Shown here piece by piece: positions 39,414 through 49,613 of a DNA stretch of 64,000 bases. Source of the stretch: a virus; the IMG/VR virus record IMGVR_UViG_3300028584_001239. One strand, written 5' to 3'. The notes below the pieces were generated by a model, which saw only the letters and a list, made by a program, of their open reading frames with translations, was not told the origin of the DNA and did not search any database. The position numbers and the translations under genes are program-made. Each line of letters starts with the position of its first letter. Position 1 is the first letter of the stretch.

Positions 39414-39836
39414 TTAAATAACTTCAATAGGTGATTTTATAAACAAAGCATACATAATATCAAGATCTTTACTATTAAGCTCACTGTCAGCTTTAACCCG
39501 AACAAACATAAGATAATCACCAGTAGCAATGGCTGGCAATTCTGATTCGTAGGGGTTATTGGTTTCTTGTTGCTGAAAGAATGCAGTAATATATTCGGCG
39601 TCAACAAAATCATAGGCTTTAAATTTTGCGGCTCCAGCAATTTCACGGGGTTGGAATGCACCATGATAAACAGCCCCATTAAGACACCATAAAATAAAAT
39701 CTTGTTCGCTCAGACTGGACAATGGATAGTGGTCTTCGATTTGTTTTCGAATTATATTATTTTGATAATCCAAAATTTTTTTCAATCTCTTAACCAAATT
39801 AAGTGATTCTGAACAGCCTGATAATGGGTTGGTCAT
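39414..39836 (-). CDS. Hypothetical protein; tandem paralog of 39970..40377
   Basis: YPL.SL..Q.FILW and ALFIKSP[IF]E[VL]I shared. Confidence 0.8.
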   Translation of the reverse strand: MTNPLSGCSESLNLVKRLKKILDYQNNIIRKQIEDHYPLSSLSEQDFILWCLNGAVYHGAFQPREIAGAAKFKAYDFVDAEYITAFFQQQETNNPYESELPAIATGDYLMFVRVKADSELNSKDLDIMYALFIKSPIEVI

Positions 39837-39969
39837 AGAGTAAAGATCCTAAAAATTAGATCTTGATTATATCAAAAAACAGTCTAAATGTAAAGATAAA
39901 AGATAATTAAAAAAAAGGAACCAAGTTAGAAAAACCTTAGTCCCATATATTTATAGATAAAACCACTCC

Positions 39970-40377
39970 TTAAATCAATTCAAAAGGTGATTTAATGAAT
40001 AAAGCACTGACAAACTGTGGGTCAATATTATTGATATCATGAGTAACTGCTACATACATTACATAATGACCAGAAATAATATCTTGCACCGACCTTTCAC
40101 GAGAACTTAGAAACAGTTCAATATCAGTTGAATTAACATAAGCATATGCTTGATATTGTTCAGCCCCCGGTAGATTATTGACTTCAAAGGAACCTTGAAA
40201 AACAAAGTCATTTGAATACCATAAAATAAATGGCTGCTTAGTTAGGCTCTCCAACGGATAGTTTTCTGCAATTTTTTGACTGTCAATTTTATTTTGACCA
40301 TCCAAAATAGCTTTAAGATCCTGAGATTTTTTTTCTTGGGTTTCAGGCTCTGACAATTTGGTAAGTTGACTATTCAT
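39970..40377 (-). CDS. Hypothetical protein; tandem paralog of 39414..39836
   Basis: Start reassigned to ATG 40377 after AAGGAGG. Confidence 0.8.
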   Translation of the reverse strand: MNSQLTKLSEPETQEKKSQDLKAILDGQNKIDSQKIAENYPLESLTKQPFILWYSNDFVFQGSFEVNNLPGAEQYQAYAYVNSTDIELFLSSRERSVQDIISGHYVMYVAVTHDINNIDPQFVSALFIKSPFELI

Positions 40378-40438
40378 CCAGCAACACCTCCTTAAAGTTG
40401 ACTTCAATTATAGCATAAAACCATGTATAAGAAAATAA

Positions 40439-41758
40439 CTATTTCAATGTTTCATCAAAAATAATAAGTGAATGCCCAAGCACCCGGTTTTGATCTTCTG
40501 GTAATACATAATTAGAAATAAAACCATTATCTGTCATAAACTTAAATTGTGATGAACCTCCACCATCCAAATTCAACATATAATCAAATCCCATCGCTAA
40601 CCCAAGATTTTGAAGTTCTTGAAGTGTACAACCACCTGTGCCAGCAGCATTGTTTTCAATCACAATAAAGATTAGCTCTCGTCCCAGAGTGGCGACTGCG
40701 GTTCTAGGGTGAATCTGCATACCGTGCCCAAGAAAACTAGGAGGATTGATTTCGCCAGCTTTAACAGGAATCATTTCTTCTACTGCAATAGGTACTGCCT
40801 TGCCTTTATGGATTAACAAAGGAGTACAACCAAGAATGTATTTGGCTTCTTTATTAAGATTTGCATAATCAGTAATTTTCCAGTAATCACCTTTGTTGTT
40901 TTGTGTCAAAAATCCATAATCTTTAATGTCTATATAATCTTCAAAAAGGTTTTCTCTGATTTTAACCAAGCCAACTGGGTCGCCTACATTAAAGTCATCA
41001 TCCTTCCAACTATAGAAATTTTTTCGATAGTGATTAAATCCGCCATTGATAATAAAACGAATGCCTTTTTGCGATTGAATAATATCATCGAGTGATGCAC
41101 CATCTCCAATAACGTTACCATCTACATTAGGAGCAATAGCTTCTGAGGATTTAGAAATAACCATAGAAAGGTTTTCATCAAAGTTTTGGTAGTAACTGAT
41201 CATGTTAAGTGTTTCTTCACGACCAGAGAAAAGATAAGGCATAGTGGTAAAATCTACCAGTTCATTAGGCACAATGGCATGATCAGATTCATAGAATCCA
41301 TCTTCGTCACCTTTTGATACAGGTTCACGAAGTGCTACTTCAACATTGTTCAATGCGGCTTCAAAAGAAGCTTTTTCTTGATCATCAATCATGATACCAA
41401 AACGATTTATCAAAGAAGTCATGGAATTAATAAAGAATTGTTTTTCAATACCTTTCGGTAAATAAACAGGGCCATCAGAAACTTCTGTGTCCATATAGAA
41501 ACGCAGACAAGAAAGGGCTTCTAATTCAGGGATTTCAATGAGATGGAAACCATCAAGTGATTCAAATAAGTCCTCAGTAAATTCAGAAATCGTATCAATT
41601 GTTTCAAAATTAAATGAAGCATAAGCAAAACCTATAATAACAAGCTTACCATTATAATGAAAAGTAAGAGCTTGTAGTGCTTCACCATCAATACTTACAC
41701 CATCTAAGGCATAATATTTAATTTCTTGTTCTGGTAGACTTAATAGTTTATTTAGCAT
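40439..41758 (-). CDS. Phosphodiester glycosidase (NAGPA-like) domain protein with unknown N-terminal domain
   Basis: IINGGF, LGCTPLLI, HPRTAVA, GCTLQEL, MLNLDGGGSS. Confidence 0.8.
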   Translation of the reverse strand: MLNKLLSLPEQEIKYYALDGVSIDGEALQALTFHYNGKLVIIGFAYASFNFETIDTISEFTEDLFESLDGFHLIEIPELEALSCLRFYMDTEVSDGPVYLPKGIEKQFFINSMTSLINRFGIMIDDQEKASFEAALNNVEVALREPVSKGDEDGFYESDHAIVPNELVDFTTMPYLFSGREETLNMISYYQNFDENLSMVISKSSEAIAPNVDGNVIGDGASLDDIIQSQKGIRFIINGGFNHYRKNFYSWKDDDFNVGDPVGLVKIRENLFEDYIDIKDYGFLTQNNKGDYWKITDYANLNKEAKYILGCTPLLIHKGKAVPIAVEEMIPVKAGEINPPSFLGHGMQIHPRTAVATLGRELIFIVIENNAAGTGGCTLQELQNLGLAMGFDYMLNLDGGGSSQFKFMTDNGFISNYVLPEDQNRVLGHSLIIFDETLK

Positions 41759-41838
41759 TTATACACTCCCAAGATATGCGGGATATATTACACTAAATGA
41801 GTAAAAAAAACAACTGTTTTTTTACTTGACAATATTTG

Positions 41839-42288
41839 TCAATCTTCCATATAACTTGGCTCATCCGCATCATAACAACAATCAGCTCCATGATCGTATT
41901 CATCCTTTAGCATGCGAGCTTTAATTCTTGCCTCCCTGTCTTGTTTTATTTGTGCTTGTTTAACTCGTTCTGCAATATTTTTGCGGCTATCATCAAAATC
42001 AGTTGCGAGATTAACCAAATTACGTTTCTGCCAGTGAAGTTCATAGTCAAGTTGAGATTGCACTTGTTCTTGCTCAAATTTTTTGTCATCGCGTTTAGAC
42101 ATATAAACCAATAGACTAATGAGTCCTACCATGCTGCCAAGCATAAGCGGGCCAAGTGAGGATTCTTGAAGACCAAAGATGGCAAAAATGAAAACAGAAA
42201 TACAAACGGAAAACATACATAAGATCATGAGAGCCAACAAGCCACAGGCTATCATCATACCACTTTGTTGTGAGTTCATAAGAAACAC
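41839..42288 (-). CDS. Two-TM membrane protein with coiled C-terminus
   Basis: SD GAGG; two hydrophobic helices. Confidence 0.7.
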   Translation of the reverse strand: MFLMNSQQSGMMIACGLLALMILCMFSVCISVFIFAIFGLQESSLGPLMLGSMVGLISLLVYMSKRDDKKFEQEQVQSQLDYELHWQKRNLVNLATDFDDSRKNIAERVKQAQIKQDREARIKARMLKDEYDHGADCCYDADEPSYMED

Positions 42289-42364
42289 CTCAGTAATTTA
42301 GTGATACTATTATAACAAAAATAGCCCTATACAACAAGCTATTTTATTATTTTGCTACAAATGG

Positions 42365-43333
42365 TTAATCAAACAATATTTTTAAATTACCAATATAATC
42401 ATTATAATTAGGTAGTTTTAAACAGTAATATTGCAAACTATACTCATCATTATTGATAACGGTATCAGGAGATTCTTTATAACCTTGAATTAACTCATTT
42501 GAATATAAATGACATGGAAATAATTCAGATGAATTTTCGTTCCAAATGTTAATGACTTTAGGAACATTTAATTTACCAGCAAATTTTATATTTCGCATTA
42601 TAAAACTAACACCCTGAGTAAATTTAGCTCTTTCTGGGTAGTCTTCTTCCACTTTAGAAAGCATTATATCTCTTGATTCTGAATTTTCGGTTGTATCTGA
42701 GACGTGTTGATAACTCCTTTTTCTTGATGTATAATTTTCGTCTGCATCATAATTCATATAAATACTAACTGAAAAATAACGGGCCATTGTTGGATTAATG
42801 AAAGTATTATTTTCAATAAGAGTCATATTATTTACTTCTGGAATGTCATTAAATCCAGTATAATTTTCTTCATGTATAATATGTTCATAATCTATTCGGT
42901 AAGAGTAATGATCAATTCCATCAGCTATTTTATATTGACTAATAAGAGGGACATGAGTTAATTCAAATTCCATTTTAAATTGACTTTGATTAGGATCATA
43001 ATGATTAATACCTGAATTATCATTAACCAGTGTATTCAAGGCTTCCATAATTTGTTCATTTTTAATATTAGGAATATTACTAGATGTCATAGTTTTTTTA
43101 ATATTTTTAGCGTATTCTTCTTGATCTTTTATTTTTTGTGCAATCTTATCTGAAAACCCAACGCCAGAATTAGAGCTATCAATTTGCCCAAATACATTCA
43201 TTTGAAAGGCATTAGTATTAGTATTTTCATTTTCTTTAGATTGTTTTTTATAAATAAACACCGCTAATATAATGATAACAATTGATACAATCGTTATTGA
43301 AACAATAATATTTTTTTTCATTTTAAATACCAT
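42365..43333 (-). CDS. Single-pass membrane protein; tandem paralog of 43334..44296
   Basis: N-terminal TM; IWNE.S.ELFPC and C.KLPN[YF]NDY.GNLK shared. Confidence 0.8.
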   Translation of the reverse strand: MVFKMKKNIIVSITIVSIVIIILAVFIYKKQSKENENTNTNAFQMNVFGQIDSSNSGVGFSDKIAQKIKDQEEYAKNIKKTMTSSNIPNIKNEQIMEALNTLVNDNSGINHYDPNQSQFKMEFELTHVPLISQYKIADGIDHYSYRIDYEHIIHEENYTGFNDIPEVNNMTLIENNTFINPTMARYFSVSIYMNYDADENYTSRKRSYQHVSDTTENSESRDIMLSKVEEDYPERAKFTQGVSFIMRNIKFAGKLNVPKVINIWNENSSELFPCHLYSNELIQGYKESPDTVINNDEYSLQYYCLKLPNYNDYIGNLKILFD

Positions 43334-44296
43334 TTAATTAAATATAAGTTTTAAATTTCCGCCATAATCATTAAAATTAGGAAGCTTCTTACAAGTGTAC
43401 TCAACATTATAACTTGTACCACCATGTGGAAAATCATGTTCAATCATGTAACATGGAAATAACTCAGTTGAATGTTCATTCCAAATAATTAATTTTTTAG
43501 GCATTCTTAAAGACTTATTGAATTTGACATCCCACATAAAAAATTCAACACGTTGTTCTAGTGATGCTTTTACTGGATAGTTATTTGAGATGTATGTCCT
43601 CATATCCTTGTTATTTTTACTATTAGATAACATAGAATCTCTTGTTGATTTATTTTTATCTTCGGTATATCGGTATGTTATAGAAGCATAGCCACGTTCA
43701 GCAAGATTGTCTTGAAAATCAGTAGTATTTTGCAGTAACTGCATGTCAGTAGTATGCCATCCAAAATTATATTTTACTTCATAACTAAAATCATTACCAG
43801 TTTCTGATGATCGTTGGTTTATGCTCAGATCGTTAGGTACATTAAATTCCATAAATGGTCTACTTGAGTCAACTTCAATTTCGTTAATACTCTCATTTCT
43901 TGGAGTTACCAAAGATTCCAGAGATTGATTAACAATGTCTTTATAGTCTATAAAATCTTTTGGGTTATTTAATTGTTCATTTATATTAGATAAATCAAGT
44001 GGATTTGCTGTCTGTTTTTGAATATTCTCAATCTTTTGTTTTTGATATTGTATGTGATTAACTGCAGTTTTTGGATTTTCTACAGGTTTGTCAATCTTTT
44101 TTAAAACTGGCAGTGATTGATTATTATCATTAGTGCTATCATAATCAATATTGTTTTCAATATGATTGATAAGATTACTAGATTGATCAGCATTTTGAAA
44201 AGCGTCTTTTAAATTTGGAATATAAGCTAATACAAGAACAACAAATAGGCAAGTAACAATTAAAGCTACAAGATAGACAACGTTTTTTCCTTCCAT
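43334..44296 (-). CDS. Single-pass membrane protein; tandem paralog of 42365..43333
   Basis: N-terminal TM, N/Q-rich linker, shared C-terminal domain. Confidence 0.8.
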   Translation of the reverse strand: MEGKNVVYLVALIVTCLFVVLVLAYIPNLKDAFQNADQSSNLINHIENNIDYDSTNDNNQSLPVLKKIDKPVENPKTAVNHIQYQKQKIENIQKQTANPLDLSNINEQLNNPKDFIDYKDIVNQSLESLVTPRNESINEIEVDSSRPFMEFNVPNDLSINQRSSETGNDFSYEVKYNFGWHTTDMQLLQNTTDFQDNLAERGYASITYRYTEDKNKSTRDSMLSNSKNNKDMRTYISNNYPVKASLEQRVEFFMWDVKFNKSLRMPKKLIIWNEHSTELFPCYMIEHDFPHGGTSYNVEYTCKKLPNFNDYGGNLKLIFN

Positions 44297-44534
44297 TGAA
44301 GAACTCGATGTTTTTTATACTATATTTTTATTACTATTAAATGTCAATACACTATTATAATATAGTATTCAATGTTTATTGCTTATTATTACTTAATAAA
44401 CTTAATTTGATATATTATTTATTTTTAAGATAATGATTACAATACGATCCTTGTAATAAACAAATATTCAGTTGTATAGTGGCAACCTTGAAATAATCAT
44501 TAACTGCTATATATTTAATGGAAGGGAGATTATT

Positions 44535-45044
44535 ATGACATTTAAAGAAGGCTTAGCCGCTGCAGTATTATTGGTAGTTATAGTAGGCAGTGCAATTACA
44601 TTGATGGCGTCCATGAACACCAGAACGATATTGAAAGTGTATACGAATAATATACATCAATTTATAGATGTTGCTAATGAAAATAAAGGTGTAGATTTTA
44701 ATAATTACAAGTATAAATTGAATTCTAGAATAAATTGTGAAGGTTTGACATGTTCTTATGTCACTGAATATAAAAATGAGATGATTAAAAATACCGATGT
44801 TGTGATTAAATTGAAATCAGACAACACACCAGACAAATTCATTTATAAGTTTGAAGCTATTCGTCGTGCCGACAGCATATCAGAAGAAACAAGAGAAAAA
44901 ATGAAAGAATATTATCAATACATTGAAAGAGATTTGAAAAAGAAAAATGTTGATGTGTATTATTCTACAAAAGACGACAACTCTGTAACATTAGAAGAAT
45001 GTTTTAATACAAAAGGTTGTCTATTTATTGTAAAATTGAAATAA
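44535..45044 (+). CDS. Single-pass membrane or secreted protein
   Basis: Start reassigned to ATG 44535 after GGGAG; N-terminal hydrophobic helix. Confidence 0.7.
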   Translation: MTFKEGLAAAVLLVVIVGSAITLMASMNTRTILKVYTNNIHQFIDVANENKGVDFNNYKYKLNSRINCEGLTCSYVTEYKNEMIKNTDVVIKLKSDNTPDKFIYKFEAIRRADSISEETREKMKEYYQYIERDLKKKNVDVYYSTKDDNSVTLEECFNTKGCLFIVKLK

Positions 45045-45109
45045 ATAAAAAATTAGAACAGTAAAAAAGCGACTGTCCTATGCAATCGCTTTTTTTTCAA
45101 CAAAAATAA

Positions 45110-45754
45110 TCAATAACGAATTTTTTGCCACAATTTGTCAGCTTCGGCAAGGGCTTCTTTAGCTTCAATTTCATATTTGGCTTTTCGTTTACGCCAAAAG
45201 ATTTTTGACAAGAAAAAGGAAGGCTCATCTTGATAATACTTGGTAGTATCAACAATTTCAGTATACCAAAAACGAGAATATTTATCATAAGTCGTGTCAT
45301 TTTCATCATCTTCGTCAAAGTTGTCATCAAGTTCATCACATTCTTCATCAGAAAGGATTCGACCTGTTGCTGTTTCAACAAGATAATCATCATCATATTT
45401 AGCAGACCATTGAGAACTTTTAACTAAAAGATTAAATACATCAATCTCTTCGTAGATACAAGGGAAATCCATACCTGTTTTTATGTCTCTTTTTTGAACG
45501 CCAAATTTTTCAGCAATTTTATAGAGCAACGAAAAAAATATAATTTCTTCATAATTACTAAATCCTGAGTCGTCAAAGGAAATAAACAATGCATTTTCCT
45601 GAATCTCTGGCATTTCTATTTTATGTTCCACTGCACTGTAACTAACAATAATATTACCAGCCTTTCTAATGCCTTCAAAAAGTGATTGAAGATTTAAGGG
45701 TGCATTATCTTTTAACTTAATAACAAACCCTGCTGTGTTATCATCATAATCCAT
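45110..45754 (-). CDS. Acidic hypothetical protein
   Basis: SD AGGAG; D/E-rich tract. Confidence 0.8.
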   Translation of the reverse strand: MDYDDNTAGFVIKLKDNAPLNLQSLFEGIRKAGNIIVSYSAVEHKIEMPEIQENALFISFDDSGFSNYEEIIFFSLLYKIAEKFGVQKRDIKTGMDFPCIYEEIDVFNLLVKSSQWSAKYDDDYLVETATGRILSDEECDELDDNFDEDDENDTTYDKYSRFWYTEIVDTTKYYQDEPSFFLSKIFWRKRKAKYEIEAKEALAEADKLWQKIRY

Positions 45755-45807
45755 ATATCTCTCCTATAGTCCATTAAAAAATAACATATAAATCAATAAT
45801 AATCAAC

Positions 45808-46032
45808 TTAAGGTAAAGGAAAATACGAATCTGGAAAACATAAGTTTTGTCTATTTATTTTCGATTGTCTATTGTAAATAAAAAACCAAAGAATAAGAAA
45901 AGCACCACAGAAAGACAGCAAAATAGGCATTTTAATCTCAAAGTCATGGTGTCTGTTCACGAAAAAATCAACCCCTGAACACAGTATTCCACCAATAAAG
46001 CCAACAATGAACCAAGAAATAATACAAATCAT
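45808..46032 (-). CDS. Small two-TM membrane protein; paralog of 3465..3677
   Basis: Shared WF..G...G..CS.[IV]D and SF.G..L[IL].W. Confidence 0.7.
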   Translation of the reverse strand: MICIISWFIVGFIGGILCSGVDFFVNRHHDFEIKMPILLSFCGAFLILWFFIYNRQSKINRQNLCFPDSYFPLP

Positions 46033-46041
46033 ATGATGCCC

Positions 46042-46761
46042 TTAAATTAAAGTCATTTCTAATAATGTAATATGTTCAGGTTTTACGTGATTTTTCCAAT
46101 TTAACAATTTTAAATAACTGCAGTCTTTCAAAGCCGGAACAACTTCACCAAGTTCAACAGCCGTAATCAACCTTTCACCGATTTTAAAATAAACATCAGT
46201 AATTGTTTTTGTATTGGAATCATAATCAACACGATGTAAACCAAAGTGTAAATCAGAATCAAAGAACTTTCCGAAGTAATCTGCTGCACTGGCATGATGA
46301 GTAATATACCATTCAGTTTCTGGTCCACGAACAGTGACCATCAACGTAGGTTGACCATACCAGTTGTAAGCAATTATAGATGGTTTTTTTGAAGGCACTA
46401 ATTTGAAGTTATGAGCATAATATCGGCCTTTAAAAGCAAGAACGTATTCTCGTTCTTTACCTTTAAACCCATATTCTTTAGAACATTCTTTGAAATAAAG
46501 TTCAATAACTTCATCGCCAATAATTTTTTTAAACGCACAATCGTATTCTGTTAATTCAGAATGTTGTTCATTAATAAGATCATAAATATTGAAAACAACA
46601 TGCGTATCTTCTTCATCATTGTCGAAATAGGATCTATCAACCTCTGGGTTATTATAACCTAACTCATAGAGTTCCTTAAAGTGACCTTTAACGGTAAAGC
46701 ACTTATTATTCGCTAAGGCTCTTTTTATCTCATCAAGTTTACTATCAATCATTTCAGCCAT
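46042..46761 (-). CDS. Hypothetical protein with C-terminal MxxI motif; paralog of 46763..47575
   Basis: ELYFK, PSII[AG]Y, LNW..HV.PE shared; ends HITLLEMTLI. Confidence 0.85.
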   Translation of the reverse strand: MAEMIDSKLDEIKRALANNKCFTVKGHFKELYELGYNNPEVDRSYFDNDEEDTHVVFNIYDLINEQHSELTEYDCAFKKIIGDEVIELYFKECSKEYGFKGKEREYVLAFKGRYYAHNFKLVPSKKPSIIAYNWYGQPTLMVTVRGPETEWYITHHASAADYFGKFFDSDLHFGLHRVDYDSNTKTITDVYFKIGERLITAVELGEVVPALKDCSYLKLLNWKNHVKPEHITLLEMTLI

Positions 46762-46762
46762 C

Positions 46763-47575
46763 TCAAATGGCCCTCATTTCAAGAACAAGGATTTGCTCGG
46801 GCGTCACATGACGTTCCCAGTTTAATTGGTCAATAGGCTTCAATCCCACCAACTCAGGCACTACATCAGCGATGTGTGCAAGATCAATTTGTCTATTGCC
46901 AAGGCGAAACACAACCGACTCAATACGTTTCTTGTGTGTGTAATTAACAATAGCAATGTCAAATAAGTTATTAGATTCATACTCTTTATAGATAACATCA
47001 CCTTGATAAGCATGGTCGAAATTAAAGAACCAAATAACTCGATTTTTATTCACAGTACAAGTCACTGAGATATCACCATTTTGTTTATAACCAATAATGG
47101 AAGGCGTGCCTAATTTTGGAAATTTGATGTCTCTCATGTTCTTATACTCAAGTTTATCTTCTGGAAGAGAGTCCTTAAGATAAGTGCCTTTCAAAACAAG
47201 CTTATAGAAATAATCATTGTGGTCTTCTTTAAATGCAAAATCCTCACGCTTAAAATAAAGCTCAGTAACCCGGTTACCATCTACTTTTTGAAACAATCGT
47301 TCATAGGGATGCACAATATGTTCACGATCCATGACTGACTTTGCAATCACATCAACATAATAAACAGGATTGGCATACTCAGCATCATATTTGCACGTCT
47401 CTACAAAACCAAGTTGATGTAGAAGATCAAATGATTTTCCGCAGATCATAAAACAATCTCGGCCATTAAGTGTTTCTTTAAGCCGAGTCAACAAGACTTC
47501 ATCAGAAGGAATTTCTTTTTGTGCAATTTGATCGGCAATGTAATACATTTCACGACCCAATGTAATTGTTGACAT
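46763..47575 (-). CDS. Hypothetical protein with C-terminal MxxI motif
   Basis: Start reassigned to ATG 47575 after GAGG; ends QILVLEMRAI. Confidence 0.85.
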   Translation of the reverse strand: MSTITLGREMYYIADQIAQKEIPSDEVLLTRLKETLNGRDCFMICGKSFDLLHQLGFVETCKYDAEYANPVYYVDVIAKSVMDREHIVHPYERLFQKVDGNRVTELYFKREDFAFKEDHNDYFYKLVLKGTYLKDSLPEDKLEYKNMRDIKFPKLGTPSIIGYKQNGDISVTCTVNKNRVIWFFNFDHAYQGDVIYKEYESNNLFDIAIVNYTHKKRIESVVFRLGNRQIDLAHIADVVPELVGLKPIDQLNWERHVTPEQILVLEMRAI

Positions 47576-47705
47576 AGTGTTTGCCTCATTTAAATTTGAT
47601 TTATTATAGCATAAAACATAAAAAAAAGCCATAAAAAAACATGCAAGCATTATTTGCCATTTTTTTAAACGTTGATAAACTATTTAACTAAAAGGAGATC
47701 TTAAA

Positions 47706-48077
47706 ATGAATGACAGATTTGAAAGAAACCAACGAACAGCACTTTTTACTGCGTATGACAAAATTTTAGAAATCGTTAAAAATGAACTAGTATTGGCGGG
47801 AAAGAATAGATACATCCGATTAAAAAATGATGGAACAATTGTTGTCATGGGCTTTGGCAAAGAAGATAAAGTCATTTTTAATTATGATCCACAAGATTTT
47901 TTCAATACACCTTTTGAAAATTTTAAAGTCTATTCCATGCAAGTAGTTGCAGTTGAATCTGAAGTGCTTTATGATCCTAAAAAAAGTCAAAACTGGAAAA
48001 TAATGCTAGATGATGTGTTAATGAAGTTTCAAAGCAATGAAGTCTCGAAAGATGTTGATGTTGTCTTGATTGTTTGA
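47706..48077 (+). CDS. Hypothetical protein
   Basis: SD AAGGAG. Confidence 0.75.
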   Translation: MNDRFERNQRTALFTAYDKILEIVKNELVLAGKNRYIRLKNDGTIVVMGFGKEDKVIFNYDPQDFFNTPFENFKVYSMQVVAVESEVLYDPKKSQNWKIMLDDVLMKFQSNEVSKDVDVVLIV

Positions 48078-48085
48078 ATACAAAT

Positions 48086-48111
48086 AAACCACTAGAAATC
48101 TAGTGGTTTTT
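48086..48111. terminator. Bidirectional intrinsic terminator
   Basis: AAACCACTAG-aaat-CTAGTGGTTT. Confidence 0.8.
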
Positions 48112-48114
48112 AAT

Positions 48115-48720
48115 TTAACCCGCCTTTCGAAATGTAAGATTGATACGAAGGTCACCAAGAATAGGATGATGATATGACTTAATAGGTGACACACCATGAA
48201 ATCTAAGTCTGTCTTCACCACCAAACACAATGACATCACCATGTTCAAGGGTAAACTTCTCTACATCGTCATCTCGCTTCAAACCACCCCAAAGAAACTC
48301 TGCTGGAATACCCAGTGAGAAAGAAACAATAGGCTGAGTAGTATCTTTTTCATCAACGTCACGATGTAATGAGAGTTTGGTGCCTACACTGTAACGGTTA
48401 AGCAAACAACAATCTGGAATAAAGTCATTATACCCAGCCAGTTCTGCAGCTTTAATCGCAAGGTCTTTCAAGATGTCGGGCATAGGAGGCCATAACTTAT
48501 TAGTCACTGGATTAACTTCTGAATAATAGTAGCCCTTGTGATCAGAGAACCACCCCAAGTCACCACAATTAGTAATCTTAATAGACATTTTGTGCCCGCT
48601 TTTAGTATGAATGTCATTCCAGTAAGCAGCTTTAAGAACGGTCTGAACTGCCCTGAATACGTCTTTTTCATAGGGCAGCAAGAAGCCCTTTTCTAATATA
48701 CTGTCGTTACCTATCTTCAT
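48115..48720 (-). CDS. alkB: Alpha-ketoglutarate-dependent dioxygenase AlkB
   Basis: PDCCLLNRY, LSLHRDVDE (HxD), PIVSFSLG, LEHGDV, RFHGV, RINLTFRKAG. Confidence 0.93.
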   Translation of the reverse strand: MKIGNDSILEKGFLLPYEKDVFRAVQTVLKAAYWNDIHTKSGHKMSIKITNCGDLGWFSDHKGYYYSEVNPVTNKLWPPMPDILKDLAIKAAELAGYNDFIPDCCLLNRYSVGTKLSLHRDVDEKDTTQPIVSFSLGIPAEFLWGGLKRDDDVEKFTLEHGDVIVFGGEDRLRFHGVSPIKSYHHPILGDLRINLTFRKAG

Positions 48721-48767
48721 ACGTTCTCCAAATGATTAATAATTATTACCATACTTGCTACGACTTT

Positions 48768-49424
48768 TCAAATTTTAACCATATTCATAACAAGGAAATC
48801 ATCATCAGTTAATGCGTTGAACCGCATGTTCTGCTCTTTTAGGTAATTATATAAGTCATGATAACCAATCACACTACCATTAACAATCAAACCATTTTTG
48901 CCAAAAATGGAATTATTCAATGTCAATATTGACGAATAGCTTTTTGTAATTCGATAATGAATAAAATCATATTGCTTGCCAGTCAATGTTTCAATATTGC
49001 CAGCCTGAATGGTAAAACTATTAGGTGCAGCGTTAGCACAACTTAACCCCATCAAAGCAAGAAAACTGCCATAAAACAAGGCGGCACCAATGCTAAAGTC
49101 AATCAAGCGTTCCATCGAATGATAAGTGAATAGTTCATTTAAGGAGGCGACTTCATTATACTTGTTGAGAACTCCAAAGAACAAACACATCACAAAAATA
49201 CTAAGGGGTAGTGCCAAGACAAGTTCAAAACGAACAGTGACCTTCGAACTGAATAGGAAATAAGAAGAACCCGCTGAAAATATTACTGCCAATACAATCA
49301 ATGCTCGCGTCAAACTTGACGTATCACTGAATGAAAAATAGGCATAAACAACAATAAGCAGAAGGTTGAATAAAAATACCTGAGAGACGAAATCATGCTT
49401 GATAAATGTCAATAGTTTTTTCAA
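48768..49424 (-). CDS. Four-TM membrane protein with soluble C-terminal tail carrying the MxxI motif
   Basis: TTG start after GAGGA; ends LTDDDFLVMNMVKI. Confidence 0.8.
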   Translation of the reverse strand: MKKLLTFIKHDFVSQVFLFNLLLIVVYAYFSFSDTSSLTRALIVLAVIFSAGSSYFLFSSKVTVRFELVLALPLSIFVMCLFFGVLNKYNEVASLNELFTYHSMERLIDFSIGAALFYGSFLALMGLSCANAAPNSFTIQAGNIETLTGKQYDFIHYRITKSYSSILTLNNSIFGKNGLIVNGSVIGYHDLYNYLKEQNMRFNALTDDDFLVMNMVKI

Positions 49425-49613
49425 CTTTTAATCCTCTTTTAAAGTGTTCGCTATTATACCACGAACACAATAATTTTGGTAGTGATTGTTAGTCTTCGAA
49501 GCGGTTTTTTCTGTTTTCTTCAACCTTGCTTAACAAAAATGATTGGTAAAAAAATTGAAAATAATGACATATTGTGTTATGCTATGGCAGCAAAATAATA
49601 GGAGATTTAATAC

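Noticed and set aside
39920-39970. Orphan AAGGAG downstream of the 39970 gene as a third micro-ORF
   Set aside because: Nearest ATG is 19 nt away and the peptide (MGLRFF) does not match the E-E..G pattern
44535-45044. Possible type IV pilin (MTFKEG plus hydrophobic helix)
   Set aside because: No Gly at -1 or basic leader for a class III signal peptide, and no pilus genes nearby
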